DNA of 64,000 bases from Planctomycetota bacterium (GCA_020848735.1 JADLHO010000163.1:3313-67312), one strand, 5' to 3'; counted from the stretch's first letter, positions 1 to 10,310 are shown. Notes: generated by a model from the letters alone, not told the origin. A program made the numbers and translations.

Positions 1-1419
1 CCCGGTCCGCTCCGGCTGCCCGGCGCCGATGGCAGGGCGCGGCTCGTCGACGACCGCATCCCGGTCTTCGGCCTCGAGCGATTGCTGCCCCTCGTGCCGG
101 GTGCGGCGGGCAGTGCCCTGCTGCGCACGGACGCCTTCGCGCGTACCTACTGGACCGCCGACCGTCGCGAGCCGGAGTCCCCCGTCGACCTGCGCACCAC
201 GATCGATCCCGCGCTGCAGGTCCGCGCCGACGAGGAGCTCGACGTCGCGGCCGAGGCGATCCGCGAGCACTACGGTCACCCGCCGGAGTGGGGAGCGCTC
301 GTGCTCATCGACGCGCGCAACGGCGGCGTCGTCGCGGCGGCATCCTACGTCGCGGGCAAGGACGGCAAGCGCGACCGCAACGCCGCGTTCACGCCCGCGC
401 AGCGCGTCTTCGAGCCGGGCTCGGTCGTGAAGCCGCTCCACGTGTCGATGGTCGCCGAGCGCGGCCTTCTCGACTGGAACGAGCCGATCGACGTCCGTCG
501 CGGCTACCTGGCCGGCAGCGACCGGATCGGGCCCAACGCGCGCCTGCCGCGCCGCGAGATCCGCGACGACCACCCCAATGAGGTGCTCGACCCGCGGCAG
601 GTGCTGATCCGCAGCAGCAACATCGGCGCGGTGAAGCTCGGGCTCCGGCTCGGTGCGGACGGGATCGAGGATTACCTGCAGACCTATCGCTTCGGCGAGC
701 GCACCGCGATCGGCTACCCGGGCGAACTCGCGGGCTCGCGGCCGAAGCCGATCCCGAGCCTGCCGCCCTCGGAGCAGCTCGCGTACGCCGGCCCCTCGGT
801 CCTCTTCGGCTACCAGATCGGCGTCACCCCCTTCCAGCTCGCGCGCGCGTTCCTGAGCTTCGTCAGCGGCCGGCAGCGCGAGCTCCACGTCGTCGAAGCG
901 GTCGGCCGCGACGGCGCGTTCCGTCCGCTCGAACTCCCGCGCGACGGCGTGCCCTTCCTCTCCGGGGGGACCCTCGCCGACATCCGCGCCACGCTCGTCG
1001 GCGTGGTCGAGGAAGAGCACGGCACGGCGCGGGGGATCGGCAAGTGGCTGCGCGAGTTGCGCGCGCGCCGCGGCAGCACCGAGCCCATCCTCGGCGGCAA
1101 GACCGGCACGTCGCAATACGTCGGCAAGACGACCAGGTGGGACGGCTCGGCGTTCCACGGTGACATCCGCACGTCCTCGTTCGCCGGGTTCACGCCGGTC
1201 GACGAGCCGCGCTTTCTCGTGGTCTGCGTGTTCCAGAAGGCAGGAGCTGGAGCGTTCTACGGCGGACTCTATGCTGCTCCTGCCGCAGCGCGCTTGCTCG
1301 TCGCCGCCCTCGATCGCGAGGCGGCGGCCTGGCGCCCGACGGGTTCCGACAGGTCAGAGTCGGGGTCCGTCGCAGTCGGCCCGGAGCCGGGGGGCTCCGG
1401 TCAATCCCAGAGGCGGTGA
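1..1419 (+). CDS. ftsI: Class B penicillin-binding protein / peptidoglycan transpeptidase (FtsI-like), 5' end outside window
   Basis: Frame 1 is open from base 1 with no stop before the listed Met at 82, so the gene begins upstream of the window. The translation has the transpeptidase motifs SVVK (SxxK), SSN (SxN) and KTGTS (KTG). It sits directly upstream of murE, as in dcw clusters. Confidence 0.85.
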   Translation, partial: PGPLRLPGADGRARLVDDRIPVFGLERLLPLVPGAAGSALLRTDAFARTYWTADRREPESPVDLRTTIDPALQVRADEELDVAAEAIREHYGHPPEWGALVLIDARNGGVVAAASYVAGKDGKRDRNAAFTPAQRVFEPGSVVKPLHVSMVAERGLLDWNEPIDVRRGYLAGSDRIGPNARLPRREIRDDHPNEVLDPRQVLIRSSNIGAVKLGLRLGADGIEDYLQTYRFGERTAIGYPGELAGSRPKPIPSLPPSEQLAYAGPSVLFGYQIGVTPFQLARAFLSFVSGRQRELHVVEAVGRDGAFRPLELPRDGVPFLSGGTLADIRATLVGVVEEEHGTARGIGKWLRELRARRGSTEPILGGKTGTSQYVGKTTRWDGSAFHGDIRTSSFAGFTPVDEPRFLVVCVFQKAGAGAFYGGLYAAPAAARLLVAALDREAAAWRPTGSDRSESGSVAVGPEPGGSGQSQRR

Positions 1420-2954
1420 TGACAGAGCTTGCCTGGCCCTCGGGTCTCCAACCGAGGCAAAACGGCACACGGCTCGCGGACCTGATCCGGGTCCTCGAGC
1501 CGGTGGGCGTCTATCGGCTCGAGCCCTTCGGGGACGAGTCCGTGACGGCCCTTGCCTTCCACAGCGGTGAGGTGTCCCTCGGGACCCTCTTCTTCGCCGT
1601 GCCCGGCACGCGCGACGACGGTGCTCGTTACGTCGACGAGGCTCTCGAGCGCGGCGCGCTCGCGATCGTCTGCGAACGGCCGATGAACCTGCGCGTGCCG
1701 GTCATCGTCGTGCGCGACGTGCGGACCGCCCTCGCCGATGCCGCGCGGGCCTTCTACGACGACCCCTCGGCGCAGCTCGCGACGATCGGCGTCACGGGCA
1801 CCAACGGGAAGACGACGACGACGCACCTGCTCCGGCATGTGCTCGAGACCGACGACCGGCCCACCGGCCTGCTCGGCACCATCAGCTACGAGTTCGGTGG
1901 GCGGCGCATCCCCGCCTCGAACACGACGCCGGACGCGGTGCGCCTCCAGGGCTATCTCCGCGAGATGGTCGACCGCCGCGTGCAGGCCTGCGTGATGGAG
2001 GTCTCGAGCCACGCGCTCGAGCAGCAGCGCGTGCGTGGCGTGCGCTTCCGCGCCGGGGTCTTCACCAACCTGACCCAGGATCACCTCGACTACCACGGCA
2101 CGATGGCGAACTACGCGCGCGCGAAGGCGCGCCTCTTCGCCCTGCTGCGGCCCGGTGGCTTCGCGGTGCTCAATGTCGACTCTCCCGCCGCGTCGCTGAT
2201 GTACGAGGCGGTGCCGAGCGGGGTGAAGGTGCTCGGCTTCGGGCGGAGCGAGGGGGCTGCGATCCGCGCGGTCGACGTGCAATGCGCGATCGACGGCACG
2301 CGGTTCCGCCTCTGCATGCCGCACGGCGAACACCTCGTGCACCTGCCTCTGCCCGGCGAGCACAACGTCGAGAACGCGCTCGCGGCGGCGGCGGCGGCCC
2401 AGGGCCTCGGCGTCTCCGAGATCGCGATCGCGCATGCGCTCGAGACCGCGCCGCCGGTCCGTGGCCGCATGGAGCCCGTCGGCGCCCGGGGCTCTGCGCG
2501 CGTGTTCGTCGACTACGCGCACACGCCCGATGCGATCGAGAAGGCCTGCGCGACGCTGCGGAAGCTCGGCGATGGGCCGCTCACGATCGTCTTCGGCTGC
2601 GGTGGTGACCGCGACCGGAGCAAGCGTCCGCAGATGGCGCGGGCCGCCGCCAAGTGGGCGGAGCGCGTCTTCATCACGAGCGACAATCCGCGCAGCGAGG
2701 ATCCCGAGGCGATCCTCGACGAGGTCGAGCGGGGTCTGCTGGAGATCCCTGCGGATCAGGAGCTCCGCGTGCGGGAGTACGCGCGCATCACGGACCGGTC
2801 GCATGCGATCGTCGAGGCCGTGCGCCGCGCACGCCCCGACGAGATGGTGCTGATCGCGGGCAAGGGCCACGAGACCTACCAGATCCTCGCGGATGCGGTG
2901 GTGCCGTTCGACGACCGCGAATGGGCCCGCAAGGCCCTCGCCTCGAGGGGCTGA
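1416..2954 (+). CDS. murE: UDP-N-acetylmuramoyl-L-alanyl-D-glutamate--2,6-diaminopimelate ligase
   Basis: The ORF has the Mur ligase P-loop GVTGTNGKTTT and a DNPR motif (ITSDNPRSEDP) typical of DAP-adding MurE. The GTG 1416 / ATG 1419 start overlaps the ftsI stop at 1417-1419. Confidence 0.95.
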   Translation: MMTELAWPSGLQPRQNGTRLADLIRVLEPVGVYRLEPFGDESVTALAFHSGEVSLGTLFFAVPGTRDDGARYVDEALERGALAIVCERPMNLRVPVIVVRDVRTALADAARAFYDDPSAQLATIGVTGTNGKTTTTHLLRHVLETDDRPTGLLGTISYEFGGRRIPASNTTPDAVRLQGYLREMVDRRVQACVMEVSSHALEQQRVRGVRFRAGVFTNLTQDHLDYHGTMANYARAKARLFALLRPGGFAVLNVDSPAASLMYEAVPSGVKVLGFGRSEGAAIRAVDVQCAIDGTRFRLCMPHGEHLVHLPLPGEHNVENALAAAAAAQGLGVSEIAIAHALETAPPVRGRMEPVGARGSARVFVDYAHTPDAIEKACATLRKLGDGPLTIVFGCGGDRDRSKRPQMARAAAKWAERVFITSDNPRSEDPEAILDEVERGLLEIPADQELRVREYARITDRSHAIVEAVRRARPDEMVLIAGKGHETYQILADAVVPFDDREWARKALASRG

Positions 2955-2956
2955 GC

Positions 2957-4384
2957 ATGGTTGCGATCAACTCGACGTCGCCGCTCTCCTGGCTCACGCC
3001 CGCCGCCATCGCGCACGCGACCGGCGGGGTCGTCGCGCGCACCGGCGAGGTCGCCGTGCGCGTGGTGACCGATAGCCGCCACATCCGCCCCGGTGACCTC
3101 GACGTCGCGCTGCGCGGCGAGCGGTTCGACGCGCACGACTTCGTGCCGCACGCGCTCCGCGCGGGTGCGCATGGCGTGCTCGTCGATCGCGACGTCGACC
3201 GCGCCCGCTTGCCGTCGACTGGGTTCGTGGTCCGCGTGACCGACACCGCGCGCGCGCTCGTGCAGCTCGCGCACGAGCACCGCTCGCGATCCGCGGCGCG
3301 CGTCGTGGGGATCACGGGCTCATGCGGCAAGACCAGCACGAAGGACATGCTCGGCTTCGTGCTCGCGCGGGCGATGGGCACGGTGGCGTCGCCGAAGTCG
3401 TTCAACAACCAGATCGGCGTCCCGCTCTCGCTGCTCGAGATCCGGCCCGAGACGCGCGCCGCGGTGATCGAGATCGGCACGAACGGTCCCGGCGAGATCG
3501 AGATGCTCACGCGTTGCGCCGAACCCGACATCGGGATCCTCACCTGCGTCCGCGAGGCGCACCTCGCCGGCCTCGGCGACCTCGAGGGCATCGCGCGCGA
3601 GAAGGCGAGTCTGTTCGACGGGGTGCGCGCCGGCGGCCTCGCGATCCTCAACGCCGATGACCGTGCGTGCGCACGGATCGCCGCGCGTCTCACGACGCGC
3701 AAGGCGCTCGTCCGGATCGGCGCGCCGGCCGACTGGTTCGCGACCGAAGTCGGCTTCTGCGGCTTCGGCACGACCTTCCGGCTCAATGGCGAGCGGCCGG
3801 TGGCCCTGCCTCGCCTCGGCTCGCACAACGTCTACAACGCGCTGTTCTGCATCGCGGCGGCCGCCGAGCTGGGCGTGTCACCGGCGATGGCGATCGAGGC
3901 GCTCGCGGTGCTCCCGCACAGCGCGCGGCGCCTCGAGCCGCGCGAGGTGGGGAACGTGCGGATCATCGACGACAGCTACAACATGAACCCGGCCTCGGCG
4001 CGCGCCGCATTGCACGTGCTGCAATGCCTCGAGGCCGAGGGGCGTCGGATCCTCGTCTTCGGCGGCATGCGCGAACTCGGTCCGCAGAGCGCGGCCCTGC
4101 ACGAGGCCCTCGGCGTCGAGCTCGCGGCGGCGGGGATCGATCTCTTCCTCGCGGTCGGTGCCGAAGCGTTGCCGATCGCCAAGGGCGCGCGCGACGCCGG
4201 CATGGCCGCGGACCGGATCGTGACGGTCGGCACGGTCGGCGAGGGGATCGAGTTCCTCCGCCGCACCGTGGGAGCGGGCGATGCCGTCCTCTGCAAGGCG
4301 TCTCGCGCCGTCGGGCTCGACTCGCTGGTCGATGGGCTCGTCCGTGAACTCGAAGGGGTGGCGGCACCCCGGAGCGGCGGCTGA
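2957..4384 (+). CDS. murF: UDP-N-acetylmuramoyl-tripeptide--D-alanyl-D-alanine ligase
   Basis: ATG 2957 lies 2 nt after the murE stop. The translation has the P-loop ITGSCGKTSTKDM and Mur ligase middle and C-terminal regions. The track ORF starting at 2654 is an upstream extension that overlaps murE. Confidence 0.9.
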   Translation: MVAINSTSPLSWLTPAAIAHATGGVVARTGEVAVRVVTDSRHIRPGDLDVALRGERFDAHDFVPHALRAGAHGVLVDRDVDRARLPSTGFVVRVTDTARALVQLAHEHRSRSAARVVGITGSCGKTSTKDMLGFVLARAMGTVASPKSFNNQIGVPLSLLEIRPETRAAVIEIGTNGPGEIEMLTRCAEPDIGILTCVREAHLAGLGDLEGIAREKASLFDGVRAGGLAILNADDRACARIAARLTTRKALVRIGAPADWFATEVGFCGFGTTFRLNGERPVALPRLGSHNVYNALFCIAAAAELGVSPAMAIEALAVLPHSARRLEPREVGNVRIIDDSYNMNPASARAALHVLQCLEAEGRRILVFGGMRELGPQSAALHEALGVELAAAGIDLFLAVGAEALPIAKGARDAGMAADRIVTVGTVGEGIEFLRRTVGAGDAVLCKASRAVGLDSLVDGLVRELEGVAAPRSGG

Positions 4385-4385
4385 C

Positions 4386-5501
4386 GTGCTCTTCGAACTG
4401 CTCTGGGGCGTCGAGGGACCGCTCGTCGACGTGCCGGGCATCTGGCTCTTCCGCTACATCTCGTTCCGCACCATCGCGGCGACGGTCTTCGCCTTCGTCT
4501 TCGCGCTCGCCTTCGGGGGGCGCGCGATCCGCTGGCTCACGCGGTTGAAGTTCGGCGAGGACACCGACAAGACCGACTCGGACCGTCTGCGCGAACTCCA
4601 CAAGGAGAAGCGGGGCACGCCCACGATGGGCGGCATCTTCCTGATCGGCGCCATGCTCGTCTCGAGCGCGCTCTGGTGCCGGTTCGACGGCCCCAATCGC
4701 TGGACCGCGATCGGACTCGTGCTCGTCGCCTGGTATGCGGTGGTCGGGTTCGTCGACGACTGGATCAAGCTGAAGGTCAAGGGCCGTAATGGCCTGTCGA
4801 AGCGCGCCAAGCAGGGCTGGCTGACGATCGGCGCCCTCGCCGCCGGCGCTGCGATGCTCGCCAACGGCTTCGGCGGCGAGGCCGGCCCCTCGCTCTATGT
4901 GCCCTTCGTCGCCGGGCCGGTCGCGTCGCTCGGCGTCGGCTTGTTCCTGCTGCTCTCGGTCCTGGTGCTGACGGGGACCTCCAATGCGGTGAACCTGACC
5001 GACGGACTCGACGGCCTGGCGATCGGGTGCGTCATCACGTCGACCCTGGCCTTCGCCGGGATCTGCTATTTCGTCGGCCGCTCGGACTTCGCCGAGTACC
5101 TCATGGTCGAGAACGTCCCCGGAGCGGGTGAGCTGACCGTGATGCTCGGCGCCTTGCTGGGTGCCTCGCTCGGGTTCCTGTGGTTCAACGCGCCGCCGGC
5201 CCGCGTGTTCATGGGTGACGTGGGGTCGCTGCCGCTCGGCGGCGCCCTGGGATATGCCGCGCTCGTGTCGCGGACGGAGCTGATCCTGCTGGTCGTCGGC
5301 GGCGTCTTCGTCGTCGAGGCGGTGTCCGTGATCATCCAGGTGCTGTCGTTCCGCTTCCGGGGGCGTCGCGTGTTCCGCTGCGCGCCCATCCACCATCACT
5401 TCCAGTTCGGCGGGACGCCGGAGACGCGCATCGTGGTGCGCATGTGGCTCGTGAGCGCCTTGCTCGCGATGACGAGCCTCGTCCTCTTCAAGGTCCGCTG
5501 A
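4386..5501 (+). CDS. mraY: Phospho-N-acetylmuramoyl-pentapeptide transferase
   Basis: GTG 4386 lies immediately after the murF stop. The product is a polytopic membrane protein with the NAVNLTDGLDGLA motif and the C-terminal HHHFQ segment typical of MraY. Confidence 0.92.
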   Translation: MLFELLWGVEGPLVDVPGIWLFRYISFRTIAATVFAFVFALAFGGRAIRWLTRLKFGEDTDKTDSDRLRELHKEKRGTPTMGGIFLIGAMLVSSALWCRFDGPNRWTAIGLVLVAWYAVVGFVDDWIKLKVKGRNGLSKRAKQGWLTIGALAAGAAMLANGFGGEAGPSLYVPFVAGPVASLGVGLFLLLSVLVLTGTSNAVNLTDGLDGLAIGCVITSTLAFAGICYFVGRSDFAEYLMVENVPGAGELTVMLGALLGASLGFLWFNAPPARVFMGDVGSLPLGGALGYAALVSRTELILLVVGGVFVVEAVSVIIQVLSFRFRGRRVFRCAPIHHHFQFGGTPETRIVVRMWLVSALLAMTSLVLFKVR

Positions 5502-5507
5502 TCCTCC

Positions 5508-6638
5508 ATGACGCGCACCAACTCCTTCGCCGTACCGCCGATCCGCGTCCGCGAGCTCGATTGGCTGATGCTCGCGGTTGCCGGGCTCTGCTGCCTCGGG
5601 CTGGTCATGGCCGTGTCCGTGCAGTCGTTGGACCGGAGCGGCGACGTGTTGCTCGCGCTCAAGGCGCAGGGCAGCAAGCTCGTCGTCGGCATCGTCCTCT
5701 TCGTCGCCTGTGCGGTGGTACCGCTCGGCCTGGTCCGCCGGAATGCGCTCGCGCTCTTCCTCGTCGCCGCCGGGCTCGTCTGGGCGGCGGCGCTCTTCGG
5801 TCCCGAACGCAATCACGCCCGGCGCTGGCTGTCGATCGCCGGGATGAGCTTCCAGCCGGTCGATTTCGCCCGCGTGGCGATGATCGTGGTGACGGCGGCC
5901 TGGATCGCCGCCGTGGGGGAGCGCATCCGCGAGCTGTTCCGCGGGTTCCTCGTGGTCCTCGCGCCGGCCGTCGTCCTGGCCCTGGGCCTGTTCCTGCAGC
6001 CCGACAACGGCAATGCCCTGCTCAGCCTCGCCGTCGCCGGCACGATGGCCGTCACCGCCGGCGTGAGTCTGCGCTGGGTCGGCATCGGCGCCGCATTGGC
6101 CGTTCCGGCCGCGCTCTTCGCCGTCGGCCGTCACGGCTACGCGCTCGAGCGCGTGCAACGTTGGCTCTCCGAGGACCCGCCGTATCAGGTGGCCCAGGGC
6201 CTGATCGCGCTGAAGAGCGGAGGCTTCGGCGGTGCCGGCATCGGGCACGGCTGGCGGAAGATGGGCTTCGTTCCCGAGCCGCACAACGACTTCGTCTTCA
6301 CCATCATCGGCGAGGAGCTGGGCTTCCTCGGTTGCTCCGCCGTCCTCTTGTGCTTCGCGCTCATCGGCGTCGTCTGCTTCCGCCTGACGCGGCGATTGAA
6401 CGATCCGTTCCATCGCTACATCGTCTTCGGCTGCGGCTTCGCGCTCTGTGCCCAGGCCGTCATCAACATGCTGGTGACGACCGGGCTCACGCCCGCCAAG
6501 GGCATCGACCTGCCGTTCGTCAGTGCGGGCGGCACGAACCTCGTCACGTCGCTCGGCGTGGTCGGATTGATCGGCAATGCCGCACGCTCGGATCTCGTGT
6601 CCCAGCGGGCGGCCGTCACGTACCAGGGAGGGAATTGA
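5508..6638 (+). CDS. ftsW: SEDS-family peptidoglycan glycosyltransferase (FtsW/RodA family)
   Basis: The 376-aa polytopic membrane protein has SEDS-like conserved blocks (PEPHNDFVFTIIGEELGF, PFVSAGGT). Its dcw context favours FtsW. Confidence 0.85.
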   Translation: MTRTNSFAVPPIRVRELDWLMLAVAGLCCLGLVMAVSVQSLDRSGDVLLALKAQGSKLVVGIVLFVACAVVPLGLVRRNALALFLVAAGLVWAAALFGPERNHARRWLSIAGMSFQPVDFARVAMIVVTAAWIAAVGERIRELFRGFLVVLAPAVVLALGLFLQPDNGNALLSLAVAGTMAVTAGVSLRWVGIGAALAVPAALFAVGRHGYALERVQRWLSEDPPYQVAQGLIALKSGGFGGAGIGHGWRKMGFVPEPHNDFVFTIIGEELGFLGCSAVLLCFALIGVVCFRLTRRLNDPFHRYIVFGCGFALCAQAVINMLVTTGLTPAKGIDLPFVSAGGTNLVTSLGVVGLIGNAARSDLVSQRAAVTYQGGN

Positions 6639-6639
6639 G

Positions 6640-7665
6640 ATGGGTCAGCTCGAGAAGTACGGGCTCTATGTCCTCGTCGTCGTCATCGTCATGATCCTCG
6701 GCATCGCCATGATGGGCTCGCCGGGCGATGCCGCCGGCGACGGGGGCGCTCCGCGCTCCGAACTCGCGGTCCTCGGGGGGCAAGACGCGCCCGCGAACGG
6801 GGGCACCGGAGATTCGGCAAATCGCTTCGGCGGTCTCTTCACGCCGCCGGAGGGCGGATCCGGCGTCCCCGGGAACATCGAGTTCGTCGACCTCGGCGGG
6901 GGGGGAGGCCCCGTCGTCGAGAAGGGCGACGCGGAACGGCCGCTGGTCCCGCCGCCGGGCCCGGGTGACGATTCGAAGCGCGGCGCGCCGATCGTGGACC
7001 CCGCCCCGACCGTGCGTCGCCATCGGATCGCCGCCGGCGAGACGCTGTCCTCGATCTCCGCTCGCTATTACGGCACGTCCCGCCACCACCAGACGATCCT
7101 GGATGCCAATCCAGGCCTGGATGCCCGACGGATGCCGCTCCACAAGGAGATCGTCATCCCGCCGCTGCCGGTGGCGAAGGCCGCGGATGATCCCGCCGTC
7201 ATCTCCTCGGGCTCGGGGAACGGGGACGAGAACCGGACCCGCGAGGAGCCGCAGCCGGTCCCGGGACCGGGCGTCTCGCGCAGCGTCCGTCGCCACCGGG
7301 TTGCCGCCGGTGAGACGCTGAGCTCGATCGCCATCCGCTACTACGGCGAGGAGCGCCACTGGCCGCGCATCCTCGACGCCAATCCCGGTCTCGACCCCAA
7401 CCGCATGAAGGCGAACTCGGAACTCGAGATCCCGGTGCTCGCGACGTCGACGGCGGTCCCGCGCCCCTCGCCGCGGACCGCGCCTGCCGGTGGTGTCCTG
7501 CATCGCATCGCCGAGGGGGAGACGCTGAGCTCGATCGCCCGGCGCTATTACGGGCGCGAGAACGATTGGCAGCGGATCGTCGACGCCAATCCGGGCATCG
7601 ACACGAAGCGCCTCGCGATCGGCACGGAGATCGTCGTTCCCGAGGTCGTCCGTCCGAAGGTCTGA
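6640..7665 (+). CDS. Bitopic membrane protein with three C-terminal LysM peptidoglycan-binding repeats
   Basis: ATG 6640 lies 2 nt after the ftsW stop. The N-terminal TM segment (YGLYVLVVVIVMILGIAMMG) is followed by a Gly/Pro-rich linker. Three near-identical LysM units then follow (HR[IV]A[AE]GETLSSI..RYYG....W..I.DANPG...). Confidence 0.8.
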   Translation: MGQLEKYGLYVLVVVIVMILGIAMMGSPGDAAGDGGAPRSELAVLGGQDAPANGGTGDSANRFGGLFTPPEGGSGVPGNIEFVDLGGGGGPVVEKGDAERPLVPPPGPGDDSKRGAPIVDPAPTVRRHRIAAGETLSSISARYYGTSRHHQTILDANPGLDARRMPLHKEIVIPPLPVAKAADDPAVISSGSGNGDENRTREEPQPVPGPGVSRSVRRHRVAAGETLSSIAIRYYGEERHWPRILDANPGLDPNRMKANSELEIPVLATSTAVPRPSPRTAPAGGVLHRIAEGETLSSIARRYYGRENDWQRIVDANPGIDTKRLAIGTEIVVPEVVRPKV

Positions 7666-7731
7666 GTCGGGCAGACGAGTGTTCCGCCGGCGCGTGGCAT
7701 CACGCGCGGACCGTCATGGAGCTTGCTGGTC

Positions 7732-8796
7732 ATGGTCAAGCGCGTCTGTCTGGTGAGCGGTGGGACGGGTGGGCACCTGTGGCCGGCACTCGTCCTCGGC
7801 GAGGCCCTGCGCGCGCAGGGTCATGACACCGTCTTCGTCACGGAGGGCCGCGACGTCGAACGCGCGCTCCTCGATCGGGCGGGCCGTCGGGCCGAGGCGC
7901 TCGACGTCCGCGGCAAGGGAATCGGCCGCCTCGTGGCGCTCGCCCGCGGCACGCTCGCCGCGCGACGCCTGCTGCGCCGCGAGGAGGTCGACGCGGTCAT
8001 CTGCACCGGTGGGAGCACATCGGTCGCCGCCGGTCTCGCCGGCCGGTCGCTCGGCCTGCCGATCGCACTCCTCGAGCAGAACGCGGTGCCCGGCCGCGCC
8101 AATCGCCTGCTCTCGCGGTTCGCGGAGCGCGTCTATCTGGGCCTGCCGCCGACCCGCGACGTCCGCCACGGCGTCGTGACCGGCACGCCGGTCCGGCGGG
8201 ACCTGGCCAACGTCGATCGCGGCGAGGCCCGTCGCAAGCTCGGATTGCGCGAGGACCTGCCGGTCGTCCTGGTCACGGGCGGCAGCCAGGGCGCGGGATT
8301 CCTCAACGAGAACGTCCCGATGGCGTTGCTCGCGTTGAAGCGCCCGCTGCAGGTCCTCCACCTCACCGGAACCGGGAAGGACGCGGAGGTCCGCGCCCGC
8401 TACCTGCCGGGTCTCGAGACGGGGGTCGATGCGTTCGTGCGCGCGCTCTCGTACGACATGGCGACGATGTATGCGGCCGCCGATCTCGTCGTGTGCCGCG
8501 GCGGTGGCTGCACGGTCGCGGAGCTCGTCGCCACCGGTCGACCCGCGCTCATCGTGCCCTATCCCTACCACCGGGACCGGCAGCAGCTGCACAATGGGCG
8601 CGTTCTCGAGCGCGCAGGTGCGGCGCGTGTCCTGGAACAGAGCGGCCTCGACGAGGCGGCGCTCGTGAACGAATTGCAGGGGCTGCTCGGCTCGCCCGAG
8701 CGCCTGAAACTGATGGAACACTGTGCGCGGTCGCTCGACCTGGGCGATGCCTGCGATCGGATCGTGCTCGATCTCGAGCAGTCCATCCTGGGCTGA
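7732..8796 (+). CDS. murG: Undecaprenyldiphospho-muramoylpentapeptide beta-N-acetylglucosaminyltransferase
   Basis: The N-terminus MVKRVCLVSGGTGGHLWPAL carries the GGTGGH motif, and the rest has a GT28 layout. An in-frame TTG at 7723 is an alternative start. Confidence 0.9.
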   Translation: MVKRVCLVSGGTGGHLWPALVLGEALRAQGHDTVFVTEGRDVERALLDRAGRRAEALDVRGKGIGRLVALARGTLAARRLLRREEVDAVICTGGSTSVAAGLAGRSLGLPIALLEQNAVPGRANRLLSRFAERVYLGLPPTRDVRHGVVTGTPVRRDLANVDRGEARRKLGLREDLPVVLVTGGSQGAGFLNENVPMALLALKRPLQVLHLTGTGKDAEVRARYLPGLETGVDAFVRALSYDMATMYAAADLVVCRGGGCTVAELVATGRPALIVPYPYHRDRQQLHNGRVLERAGAARVLEQSGLDEAALVNELQGLLGSPERLKLMEHCARSLDLGDACDRIVLDLEQSILG

Positions 8797-8933
8797 GCGC
8801 CGAGAGAGGATCCATGGTACGGGCTCTCAGGTGCTGGTCGGTGGTCGCATCCGCGGCCACACGGAGCTCGCGAGACGAGTCGTCTCTCGAGCTCTGAGCC
8901 GCGCGTCGGATCGATCGAACGAGGACGAACACC

Positions 8934-10310
8934 GTGTTGCGCAATGGCAGCGAACGAGTGCACCTGATCGGCGTCGGAGGTGCCGGCATGTCCGGGCTCG
9001 CCCGGATGCTCCGTCGTTTCGGCACCGATCTCTCGGGCAGCGATGCCAGCAATGGCCCGGTCGTCGAGGAGCTTCGGGCCGACGGGATCCACATCTGGAC
9101 CGGCCATCGCCCCGAGCTCCTGAACGGCACGAACGGTTATGTGGTGCGTTCCGCGGCGGTCTCGGCGGAGGACCCCGAGCTCCGGGAATGCGTGCGTCGT
9201 GGCTTCACGAGCCTGCTCTATGCCGAGGCGGTCGGCCGGCTCTCGGAGGGCCGCCGCACGCTGGCGATCGCCGGCACGCACGGCAAGACGACGACCACCG
9301 CACTGACGGTCGCCGCCGCGCGCGGTGCGGGTCTCGATCCATCGCACCTGATCGGCGGCGAGATCCCGGAACTCGGCGGCAACGGTTATGGCGGCCGTGA
9401 CGACCTCTTCGTCGTGGAGGCCTGCGAGTTCAACCGCTCCTTCCTGAACCTCAGGCCGTTCGCGGCCGCGATCCTCAACGTCGATCACGATCACTTCGAC
9501 TGCTACCCGGAGCGCGCCGACGTGCTCGACGCCTATCGCGCGTTCGCGTCGAACGTCCGGCCCGGCGGCACCATCGTCGTCTCCGAGGCGGTGCCCCTCT
9601 CCGTGGTGGGTGACAGCACCGATCAGGCGCGCGTGCTGCGCGTCGGCACCGGCCTCTTCGCCGACCTGCGCGCGACCGAGATCGAGGACGACCTCGGGCG
9701 CTATTCGTTCGTGCCCGTCGTCCACGGGCGCCGCCTGCCCCGCATCCAATTGGCCCAGCCGGGACGATTCCAGGTCAGCAATGCGCTCGCCGCGCTGGGG
9801 CTCCTCGATGCAGCCGGCGCGGATCTCGAGGGCGCGTGCCACGGCATCCGTTCGTTTGCCGGAGTCCGGCGGCGCTTCGAGATGCGGAGCGGAGCACGCG
9901 GCGGCCAGCTCGTCCTCGACTACGCCCACCATCCGGCCGAAGTCCGGGTCGTGGTGCGGGCGGCGCGCCGACGCTTCCCGGCGCGACCGCTCCTGGTCGC
10001 GTTCCAGCCTCACCAGCACAGCCGAACGCTCCATCTCCTCGACGACTTCGTGGAGGTCCTCGCCGAGGCGGACCATTGCCTGATCGCCGAGGTCTACGCG
10101 GCGCGCGAGAAGTGCGGCGAGATCCAGCCGGTGCGCGCCGAGGAGCTCGTCGCGCGCATCCGCGAACGGGGCACCCGCGCCGACGTCGTCCCCGAGCTCG
10201 CGCGCATGCCGCAGCAGATCGCGGAGACGTTCACACCGCAGACCGTCGCCTTGGTCCTCGGCGCCGGCGACATCGACTCGATCGTCCCCGCTGTCCTCGA
10301 GTCGATCTGA
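8934..10310 (+). CDS. murC: UDP-N-acetylmuramate--L-alanine ligase
   Basis: The translation has HLIGVGGAGMSGLA (N-terminal Rossmann) and the P-loop GTHGKTTTT. The start is GTG. Confidence 0.93.
   Translation: MLRNGSERVHLIGVGGAGMSGLARMLRRFGTDLSGSDASNGPVVEELRADGIHIWTGHRPELLNGTNGYVVRSAAVSAEDPELRECVRRGFTSLLYAEAVGRLSEGRRTLAIAGTHGKTTTTALTVAAARGAGLDPSHLIGGEIPELGGNGYGGRDDLFVVEACEFNRSFLNLRPFAAAILNVDHDHFDCYPERADVLDAYRAFASNVRPGGTIVVSEAVPLSVVGDSTDQARVLRVGTGLFADLRATEIEDDLGRYSFVPVVHGRRLPRIQLAQPGRFQVSNALAALGLLDAAGADLEGACHGIRSFAGVRRRFEMRSGARGGQLVLDYAHHPAEVRVVVRAARRRFPARPLLVAFQPHQHSRTLHLLDDFVEVLAEADHCLIAEVYAAREKCGEIQPVRAEELVARIRERGTRADVVPELARMPQQIAETFTPQTVALVLGAGDIDSIVPAVLESI

Noticed and set aside
3963-6413. 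816-aa minus-strand ORF antisense to murF/mraY/ftsW
   Set aside because: The translation is Arg/Ala/Gly/Asp/Glu-rich low-complexity sequence with no motifs. It overlaps three plus-strand genes with unambiguous catalytic motifs. This is a typical shadow ORF of very GC-rich DNA.
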